Assembly (NCBI GenBank): GCA_044359535.1
Contig: JBIKLZ010000011.1
Span: 1-29,120 of the forward strand
Direction of reading: 5' to 3'
Length of the DNA: 29,120 nucleotides
From: Chlamydiia bacterium
GTDB lineage: Bacteria; Chlamydiota; Chlamydiia; Chlamydiales; 2-12-FULL-49-11
The notes below the pieces were generated by a model, which saw only the letters and a program-made list of their open reading frames with translations, was not told the origin of the DNA and searched no databases. The position numbers were made by a program, and so were the translations under genes. How positions within the stretch are numbered: position 1 is the stretch's first letter; each line of letters opens with the position of its first letter. This document shows, in pieces, positions 11,376 to 18,271 of the stretch.

Positions 11376-12445
11376 AAAGTTTTGCAGAATTTAAAAAGGG
11401 TAATTTTTTAGGAAAAGATCTTTCTGACTTAAAAAAGATTCATACGAACTTAAACGCCCCAAGTGATAGATACAAAACGATACATGTTGCAGGAACTAAT
11501 GGAAAAGGGACTGTTTCTTTAAATATTGCTAAAGGATTAGAGAAAGCAGGGTATAAAACAGGGTTGCTTACTTCCCCTCATTTTGTTTGTAAAACTGAAC
11601 GGATATCCATCAATTCTGAAAACATCACATCTTTTCGCCTAGAAAAAATTTATCAAGAAAATCAAGAGTATCTAGAGGGTCTTGCATTTTTTGAACTCCT
11701 TACGTTTATCGCTTTTATCTATTTTGCAGAGGAAAATGTAGACTATGCAGTAATAGAGGTGGGCCTTGGAGGGCTTAAAGATGTGACAAATGTTATCACC
11801 CCTGTGTTATCGGTAATTACAAATCTAGCCTATGACCATGTAGAGGTTTTAGGACCCACCCTTGCTGATATTGCTTTTAATAAAGCGGGAATTATTAAAC
11901 CAAAGGTCCCTGTTGTTTTAGGGAAAAAAGCTCAACATGAAGAATGTTATAAAGCTGCTGCTTTAAATCAATCTAAAGTCTATGAAGTCCCTTCAGCAGA
12001 TGATGATTACTTAAAAGAGAATAAATGTATTTCCGATCTTTCTCTAAAAGTTCTTGGAATCTCTCCATTAAATCAGATCTTTACCCTTCCTGCTCGATTT
12101 GAAGTTCATGAAAACTATATTTTTGATATGGCTCACAATGAGGATGGAATTTTAGCTTTGAAAAGGAAGATTCAAAAGGATTTTCCAAATAAAGAGGTGA
12201 TTGCTTTATGGAACATGTCTACAACAAAATCAATTAAAACGTGCCTAAATATACTCCAATCCTTTTGTACAGAGGTCTATTTTTTCCCTAATGATTTTAG
12301 CTGGCTTCTTTCCAAAGAAGAAGCCAAACTATTAGGGTTAAAGGAATATCAAGGAGAAAGTTCAGATCTTATCCTTGTTTGTGGAAGTATTTATTTTTTA
12401 GCCGAAGCAAAGGAGAAACTCCTTAATCAAAAGCAATGGCACTAG
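11357..12445 (+). CDS. folC: Folylpolyglutamate synthase / dihydrofolate synthase; start codon non-canonical or uncertain
   Basis: Frame is open from 11342. It contains IHVAGTNGKGT (P-loop at 11492-11512, upstream of the track's start at 11564), TSPH, TERI, EVGLGGLKDVTNV, DHVEVLG, KAGIIK and DMAHN. Confidence 0.88.
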   Translation: MIIDFVKSFAEFKKGNFLGKDLSDLKKIHTNLNAPSDRYKTIHVAGTNGKGTVSLNIAKGLEKAGYKTGLLTSPHFVCKTERISINSENITSFRLEKIYQENQEYLEGLAFFELLTFIAFIYFAEENVDYAVIEVGLGGLKDVTNVITPVLSVITNLAYDHVEVLGPTLADIAFNKAGIIKPKVPVVLGKKAQHEECYKAAALNQSKVYEVPSADDDYLKENKCISDLSLKVLGISPLNQIFTLPARFEVHENYIFDMAHNEDGILALKRKIQKDFPNKEVIALWNMSTTKSIKTCLNILQSFCTEVYFFPNDFSWLLSKEEAKLLGLKEYQGESSDLILVCGSIYFLAEAKEKLLNQKQWH

Positions 12446-12806
12446 CTGTTGCATATTGCTTGCAATGAGATAAAGATAGATGAATGGTTGGGTTATTAAA
12501 ACGCTCCATTGCTCCTTTTGAGAGGGTGACATAGGGTTTACCCATTAGATCTTTAGAAATTTCAATATCAAGAAAGGAGAGTTTTTCCCCAAAACCACAT
12601 CCTAGTGATTTTGATATAGCCTCTTTAGCGCTAAATCGTGCAGCAAAAAAGGGGAGAGGGTTGCTATGTTTATTACAGTAGATCTGTTCATTAGGTGTAA
12701 AAAGTTTATCTATAAAAGATTTGCCATGCTTTGTATAGGCTTTTTCAAAACGCTCTATAGAAATAATATCTGTCCCAATTCCAATACACCTTTCATTTTT
12801 TCCCAT
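12423..12806 (-). CDS. acpS: Holo-[acyl-carrier-protein] synthase
   Basis: GIGTDII, FAARFSAKEAISKSLGCG, GKP, LSLSH. Confidence 0.96.
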   Translation of the reverse strand: MGKNERCIGIGTDIISIERFEKAYTKHGKSFIDKLFTPNEQIYCNKHSNPLPFFAARFSAKEAISKSLGCGFGEKLSFLDIEISKDLMGKPYVTLSKGAMERFNNPTIHLSLSHCKQYATASAIAFD

Positions 12807-12809
12807 GGA

Positions 12810-13637
12810 TTAACCCCCTTCATGAGAATCAGTCCCAACATTTGGATAGGCAAACTCCTTTTTTTCATCAGGAATCAGGGCATTTGTAAAAAGGATTCTT
12901 CCAGCTGAGGTGTGCTTAAGAGAAATCACTTGTGTTTGAAGGGTTTCTCCAATAAAGTCGCCCCCATTATTAATCACAACCATAGTCCCATCTTCAAGAT
13001 AACCCACCCCCTGCTTAATCTCTTTTCCGTATCTTTGGACTTTAACAAGAAGGACCTCTCCACTTACCACCCCTTTTTTTAGTGCATTTTCTATACTAAG
13101 AAGATCAATAATGGATACTTTTTTTTCATGAGAATCTATTCTAGATTGTTGAGAAGTAAAAATAGTGCAATGAGTGTATTGAGCAAATTGAATGATTTTT
13201 TCTTGAAGTTCAAAGGTATCGTTAAAATCAAGGTTACTTATTTTTAAGTGAAGATCTTTCATCTTTTTAAGAGCCTCAATGACAAAAAGAATCTGTGTAG
13301 CTTCCTTCTGAACCAAACTATCTAAATTTTCAGCTCTTTTTTTAAAGTGCTTTATAATAAAGAAAGGGAGAATGAGTCGATGATTAAAAATTCCTGTAGA
13401 GATAAGATCGATAATTCGAGGGTCAGATAAAACTTTTTCATCAAGAACAATTAAGGTGTTAAACTCTTTTACAAAGGGGTTTTTTTGAGGAAATAAGAGG
13501 ATTGAAAGGGCTCCACTTAGGAAAAAAAAGGAGAAAAATTCTGAAAAACTAGGTTGTTTAAAAAGGGTTAGCGACCATGAACAAAAGCTTGCGATCAATA
13601 AATGAGGCGTCCAAACTGTTATACGATTCATATTCAT
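12810..13637 (-). CDS. Membrane-anchored PIN/TRAM-domain protein (YacL-like)
   Basis: Hydrophobic N-terminus, VLDEKVLSDPRI (PIN start), TRAM GKEIKQGVGYLEDGTMVVIN...TSAGRILF. Confidence 0.85.
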   Translation of the reverse strand: MNMNRITVWTPHLLIASFCSWSLTLFKQPSFSEFFSFFFLSGALSILLFPQKNPFVKEFNTLIVLDEKVLSDPRIIDLISTGIFNHRLILPFFIIKHFKKRAENLDSLVQKEATQILFVIEALKKMKDLHLKISNLDFNDTFELQEKIIQFAQYTHCTIFTSQQSRIDSHEKKVSIIDLLSIENALKKGVVSGEVLLVKVQRYGKEIKQGVGYLEDGTMVVINNGGDFIGETLQTQVISLKHTSAGRILFTNALIPDEKKEFAYPNVGTDSHEGG

Positions 13638-14686
13638 AAGAGTTCTTTATAATCTTCTTCCCCTTTTTTATCAAGGGGGTCTTTTATTCTAAGGGAATAC
13701 CTGACTAATAGGATTCCACAAAGAATCATTGGGATACTTAAAATTTGTCCTATATCGAGAAACATTGTTGAATCATAGATCGATTGTGATTCTTTAAAAA
13801 ACTCTAAAAGGAATCGGACGGAAAATGAAATCGATAAAGCAAGTCCAGTATAAAGTCCTGTGACTTTTCTGTAGGGCTCTTTTTTCCATAAAATCAGCAG
13901 AAGAAAACATACAAAAAAGTACAAAATCGATTCATAAATTTGAATGGGGTGTCTTGGAAGGATACTTTCTCCCCCTGCAGGGTGTAAAAATATCACCGCC
14001 CAGGGGAGGGTTGAAACGCTACCTAGAATCTCTTGATTGATAAAGTTTCCAATTCGAATCCAAGCGCAAACAAACATGGTTGGGATGGTTAATAGATCCA
14101 TAAAGGCTAAAAAAGAAAGGGGTTTATTTTTTTTAGTAAAGAGAAATACAGCAAAAAGGATGGCAAGAATCCCCCCGTGACTTGCAAGACCCCCTTCCCA
14201 TGTTTTGAAAATTAATGTGGGGGATTTAAGAAAAAAATAAATATCCTCATAAAAAAGAATATGACCAAGGCGTGCCCCAACAACTGTTGCGGCAATGATA
14301 TAGAGCAATGCAGAATCGGCAAATGAAGTGGCTATTTTTTCAATAGAGGTCACTTTTCTAGGAAAGGTTTCTTCTAGATAAAGCTGGAGGTTAAGTTTTT
14401 CTAAGCTTTTTTTGTCATCACTATTTTTTCTAAAAAAAGTATATAGCTTTTGATTTTTTTTATTTAGAATAAAAGAGGGGGGTACTTTTATCTTTTTATA
14501 CTCTTCGGGAATGCTTACTTTCGGAAGGAGGTTTCTTGTGTAGATCCAGATAAAAAGCTTATACCCAATATAAAAGGCAAGGGAAAATATGCAGCCATAC
14601 CACGCAATAGGATGGTGAATAAAAGGGAGTCTAAAAGCTACAGGATTGCAATCAAATTGAATCCATAATAAAAGGAGAAAATCCAT
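13634..14686 (-). CDS. lgt: Prolipoprotein diacylglyceryl transferase
   Basis: IAWYG, GARLGH, WEGGLASHGG, RIGNFINQE, RHPIQIYES, RFLLEFFK, GQILSIP. Confidence 0.95.
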   Translation of the reverse strand: MDFLLLLWIQFDCNPVAFRLPFIHHPIAWYGCIFSLAFYIGYKLFIWIYTRNLLPKVSIPEEYKKIKVPPSFILNKKNQKLYTFFRKNSDDKKSLEKLNLQLYLEETFPRKVTSIEKIATSFADSALLYIIAATVVGARLGHILFYEDIYFFLKSPTLIFKTWEGGLASHGGILAILFAVFLFTKKNKPLSFLAFMDLLTIPTMFVCAWIRIGNFINQEILGSVSTLPWAVIFLHPAGGESILPRHPIQIYESILYFFVCFLLLILWKKEPYRKVTGLYTGLALSISFSVRFLLEFFKESQSIYDSTMFLDIGQILSIPMILCGILLVRYSLRIKDPLDKKGEEDYKELL

Positions 14687-14733
14687 CTACATACCCCTGC
14701 AAATATTTGATTATAGATCTTTTTCCAATTTAA

Positions 14734-14742
14734 TGATAGAAT
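14734..14742 (+). promoter_or_regulatory. Putative extended -10 promoter of rlmH (possibly leaderless)
   Basis: TGaTAGAAT ends 7 nt before the ATG; no SD sequence. Confidence 0.4.
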
Positions 14743-14749
14743 CGTTTGC

Positions 14750-15160
14750 ATGGGGTATAGAGTCAAAATCTTTTGTGTAGGAAGACCTCACCTTCCCTAT
14801 TTAAAAATCTGGTTAGAATCCTATGAAAAAAGACTTTTTGGTCTGTGTTCAATTGAGTGGATCATTGTTAAATCAGATGATGAATTAAAGAAAAGATTAA
14901 TAAAAGTTCCCTATGTTTGTTTAGATGTTTTAGGAGAAATTCATACAAGTGAAAGTTTTTCTAGATGGATTGAACGATCTTCATCTTGGAATTTTGTTAT
15001 TGGAGGGGCAACAGGTCTTCCCAAATCTGTCTTAGAAGGGGCTGAAGAATCTATTAGTTTATCAAAACTCACCTTTCCTCATGAAATGGTTCGATTACTT
15101 TTAATGGAGCAGCTTTATAGAGCTTTTGAAATCAATAAAGGTTCACCTTATCATAAGTAG
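14750..15160 (+). CDS. rlmH: 23S rRNA (pseudouridine1915-N3)-methyltransferase
   Basis: FVIGGATGL, SLSKLTFPHEMVRLLLMEQLYRAFEINKGSPYHK. Confidence 0.96.
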   Translation: MGYRVKIFCVGRPHLPYLKIWLESYEKRLFGLCSIEWIIVKSDDELKKRLIKVPYVCLDVLGEIHTSESFSRWIERSSSWNFVIGGATGLPKSVLEGAEESISLSKLTFPHEMVRLLLMEQLYRAFEINKGSPYHK

Positions 15161-17009
15161 AAATTTCATTGTGCAATAACTTACTGACATAGGATTCGAC
15201 AAAAGGGATGTAGGGAAGGAGTGATTTTGTGATTAAGGAGAGTTCAGCTAAATAAAATTGTTTAAAAACAGATTGCGGATCGTGTGTTAAATTATACAAA
15301 TGCCATTTTTGGAACCGATCAAAAGGGGTTTCATTTTTTTCTTTTTTATAAGAAAAAAAGTAGTAGAGAAAATACAACGAGACCCGCTTTTTAATAGAAC
15401 TCTTCCAAGAGGCTAATCCAGGATGTTTTTTTAAAAATGTTTTTGTTAGAGAGGAGAACATCTCATCATGAGAAAGATTTCTGATTAACAACCCATCAAT
15501 TTCTTGAATAAGGATCTTAAAAATAGGATGATCGTTAGAAAATTTTAAATGGGATGCAAGGGTTAAATTTTGAACACTCCAATAAAACGTTCTTTCATTA
15601 AGGTCTTCAGCTTTTAACTCACTAATTCGTTTAAGATGCTTAATACACAGTTCTACAATCTCTGCAAAAGGGAGCTTTGAGTGGTCTAAATAAAGGGAAG
15701 CGATTTCATCTTCAATTGTTTGAATAAGCTGAGTTGGAATTTTCCAATTTTCTTGCAAATGATTTTTCATGTTTTTCCACAAGAAAATCTCCAACATTTC
15801 AATATGCTCCACAGGGAAGGGGGGGAGTGCTTTCATCCTATCAAATTGTGACATACACTTATCGATAAGGTGGTTTTTAACATTTTTAATCCCTTTTTTT
15901 TCTGCTAACACTATTTCACTATTGATGAAATGAAAAATTTCCCGTCTTAGGACAGGTTTTCCTAAATTAAAATCACTAGAGCGCAACGAGTAGATATACT
16001 CAATAGCAGATTTTAATCCTAAAGAAGCCTCTTCTCTGGATAAGGATTCTTTTAAACGAAGAATGAATAAAAATTGTTTAGTAAAGGCAATTTGAGTGGA
16101 AGCAGAGATCTTTTTGTCGTGTGTTAATAAAAGGGTGTATTCCTCTTGAATAAACTTTTCAATCAAAGACAAATTGGTTTTAGGGTAAATGCTTATTAAA
16201 GGGGAACTTGCCACCATTTTATCAGCAAGGATTGAAGAAATTTGAGGGGTAAGCTCTCTAAAATTTCTAATCCTATTAATGGAGAGGAGGCCTTGAGTTT
16301 TTTTTAACAATCTTTCTTGAAGGGTTTGTTGATTTTGCAACGGGTGTTCGATAATAAGTTCAAGTTGAAATCGGATGAGGAGCTTATCTAATGTGTCAAT
16401 GGATTCGTAAGGGGAGGAGGTTTTATCAAAGGAGGGGATAAGCTGCTTTTGCATAGCCCAAATAACCTTTGTTAACTTACTTTTTTCAATCGATTCTCCA
16501 TCAATAGCAGCGATGCATTCAGAAATTTTTCCTGTAATATGATGGGCAAAATGAAAGGATGCGTGAGAAGGAGGGAGAGATTTTTCAAAAAAAATGGAGA
16601 GGTTTTCTCTAATCAAATAGGAAATATCGAGTTTCCCATTTTGATGGTATGCATAGTGCTTTTCTAAATATTTTACGTAGTAATGGATTTTTTCCCATGT
16701 TTTTTTTAGTGCAGAGATCCCTAAACGGTAATGGGGAAAATGAAGACGAAATTCAGGAAGGACTTCAGCAAGGATCGTTTTTTGAATATTTTGAGACCAT
16801 TTTTTTGGGTGCCCTTCTTTAACAATTTCTTTTTTCAAACGCTTTGCAAGAAATAAAGAAAGTTCAGAAAATGGGTCATAAAAATCATTAGCCTCTTCTA
16901 CAGGGTATAAAAAACCATGCTTGTAAAGCATCTGCTCATCCCCTTTGGAGTAGATTCTATTTAAAGAATCTGGAAGGAAATTGGAGGTTTCTTCGTGATT
17001 TTCTGACAT
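15132..17009 (-). CDS. Hypothetical protein (625 aa, predicted largely helical)
   Basis: Long uninterrupted ORF, divergent from ssb; no family recognised. Confidence 0.7.
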   Translation of the reverse strand: MSENHEETSNFLPDSLNRIYSKGDEQMLYKHGFLYPVEEANDFYDPFSELSLFLAKRLKKEIVKEGHPKKWSQNIQKTILAEVLPEFRLHFPHYRLGISALKKTWEKIHYYVKYLEKHYAYHQNGKLDISYLIRENLSIFFEKSLPPSHASFHFAHHITGKISECIAAIDGESIEKSKLTKVIWAMQKQLIPSFDKTSSPYESIDTLDKLLIRFQLELIIEHPLQNQQTLQERLLKKTQGLLSINRIRNFRELTPQISSILADKMVASSPLISIYPKTNLSLIEKFIQEEYTLLLTHDKKISASTQIAFTKQFLFILRLKESLSREEASLGLKSAIEYIYSLRSSDFNLGKPVLRREIFHFINSEIVLAEKKGIKNVKNHLIDKCMSQFDRMKALPPFPVEHIEMLEIFLWKNMKNHLQENWKIPTQLIQTIEDEIASLYLDHSKLPFAEIVELCIKHLKRISELKAEDLNERTFYWSVQNLTLASHLKFSNDHPIFKILIQEIDGLLIRNLSHDEMFSSLTKTFLKKHPGLASWKSSIKKRVSLYFLYYFFSYKKEKNETPFDRFQKWHLYNLTHDPQSVFKQFYLAELSLITKSLLPYIPFVESYVSKLLHNEISTYDKVNLY

Positions 17010-17196
17010 TTTTATATAAAAAATTTTTTACGTTAATCTTTGTTCTATAGTAAAATAGATTTTTTGTCTAATAGTATATTGCTTGTTTAATAATAGGTGG
17101 TTTTGATTATTATCGAGAATTTTATAATTCCTTATTTGAGTTTATCTTATGAAAAAATGGCCTCTATAAAAGTTCCTTTTTAGGAAAAGAAAAAAA

Positions 17197-17205
17197 TGGT
17201 AGACT
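17197..17205 (+). promoter_or_regulatory. Putative extended -10 promoter of ssb
   Basis: TGgTAGACT about 35 nt upstream of the ATG. Confidence 0.4.
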
Positions 17206-17239
17206 TGGGAAATTTCTAACACAAAAAAAAGGTTGCACT

Positions 17240-17674
17240 ATGAATTATACATGGATAGCGGGTCACTTAGGCTCTGATCCCGAAACAAGATTTACCCCTT
17301 CTGGAAAAAAGGTCACTTCATTAAGGGTTGCTTGTAAATCAAGAAAAAATGGAAAGGACGAAACAATGTGGTGGAGAGTCACTGTTTGGGGAGATTCCTA
17401 TGATAAGATTTTACCTTATTTTAAAAAAGGCAGCTCAATTGTTGTCTGTGGTGAGATGACTCCACCGGAAATGTATAAGAGTAAGGATGGGGAAACCCGT
17501 TTTTCTCTTGCTCTTACTGCTAACCATATTGCCTTTAGCCCCTTTGGTAAAACAAAATCAAGTGAAGAGGGGGGAGGGCAGATGTCTCATGAGCATTCCT
17601 ATCACGAAAGTGCCTTTGAACCTGTAGGTGGGGGATTTTCTGGAGAGATTTCTGATGAAGAAATTCCATTTTAA
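17240..17674 (+). CDS. ssb: Single-stranded DNA-binding protein
   Basis: GHLGSDPETRFTPSGK, WWRVTVWG, KKGSSIVVCG, acidic C-terminal tip DEEIPF. Confidence 0.96.
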   Translation: MNYTWIAGHLGSDPETRFTPSGKKVTSLRVACKSRKNGKDETMWWRVTVWGDSYDKILPYFKKGSSIVVCGEMTPPEMYKSKDGETRFSLALTANHIAFSPFGKTKSSEEGGGQMSHEHSYHESAFEPVGGGFSGEISDEEIPF

Positions 17675-17714
17675 TAAGATTTTTTAGGGTTTTTATCAAT
17701 AAAAACAGAAAAAT

Positions 17715-17759
17715 AAAAAAGCACATCTATCTAAGTATCTGATAGGTGTGTTTTTTTTT
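17715..17759 (+). terminator. Rho-independent terminator after ssb (possibly bidirectional)
   Basis: GCACATCTATC (17721-17731) pairs with GATAGGTGTGT (17741-17751), 11 bp including G-U pairs; T-run after, A-run before. Confidence 0.8.
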
Positions 17760-17876
17760 ATCAAATATTTGCAATTAAAAGAAAGGAGTTGTTAATTCAG
17801 TCTTAGAACTCCAAAAGGTCAAGGAAGCTATTGAACCTTACCTATAGGAAATGGATAACAAAAAAAAGGAGAAAGT

Positions 17877-18035
17877 ATGAAAAAGATTGCAACATTTGCT
17901 GTTTTTTCTATCATCGCTGCAATGACATTGTCTTGCCAAGATAGTAGAGACGAAAGAAAAGAAAATAAAAGAAGCTATAAAAGATGCAAAAGCTGCAGCT
18001 GTCTTGTTCAAGAAAGCTACAACAAAGTGTCATAA
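17877..18035 (+). CDS. Small lipoprotein 1 (52 aa), not in ORF track
   Basis: Hand translation MKKIATFAVFSIIAAMTLSCQDSRDERKENKRSYKRCKSCSCLVQESYNKVS; AAGGAG RBS at 17866-17871; signal peptide II with lipobox TLSC (Cys20). Confidence 0.8.
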   Translation: MKKIATFAVFSIIAAMTLSCQDSRDERKENKRSYKRCKSCSCLVQESYNKVS

Positions 18036-18048
18036 ACAAAGTTTTTAA

Positions 18049-18093
18049 CCCTATCAATGGTTCTTTTTTGTATAAAGAACCATTGAAATAGGG
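18049..18093. repeat. Long inverted repeat between the two small lipoprotein genes
   Basis: CCCTATCAATGGTTCTTT, 7-nt loop, AAAGAACCATTG(aa)ATAGGG: 18-bp stem with a 2-nt bulge. Confidence 0.8.
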
Positions 18094-18118
18094 AAATAGA
18101 TAAATAAAAAGGAAAAAT

Positions 18119-18271
18119 ATGAAAAAGTTTGTACTATTTAGTATCATTAGCGCCCTATCTTTAACATTTTCATCTTGCGCGATGTTAAACAAAAAAGAAG
18201 AGCCTAAAAAAGAAGAAGCTCAAAAAAAGCCAAGTGAAGGGCCGTCACCACATAGAAGATACAACTCATAA
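18119..18271 (+). CDS. Small lipoprotein 2 (50 aa), not in ORF track
   Basis: Hand translation MKKFVLFSIISALSLTFSSCAMLNKKEEPKKEEAQKKPSEGPSPHRRYNS; AAGGA RBS; lipobox FSSC (Cys20). Confidence 0.8.
   Translation: MKKFVLFSIISALSLTFSSCAMLNKKEEPKKEEAQKKPSEGPSPHRRYNS

Noticed and set aside
11564-12445. folC as a truncated pseudogene
   Set aside because: The missing N-terminus with the P-loop is present in frame upstream with no stop; only the start codon is atypical.
12810-13637. PIN protein as a VapC toxin of a toxin-antitoxin system
   Set aside because: Has YacL-type TM-PIN-TRAM architecture, no antitoxin neighbour, and a degenerate active site.
17877-18035. Calling lipoprotein 1 omcA
   Set aside because: Only four Cys, no CC at the lipobox, no CCRIVDCC-like motif, and no omcB downstream.
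17911-18192. 93-aa minus-strand ORF in the track
   Set aside because: Antisense shadow of the two plus-strand lipoprotein genes, which have RBSs and lipoboxes.
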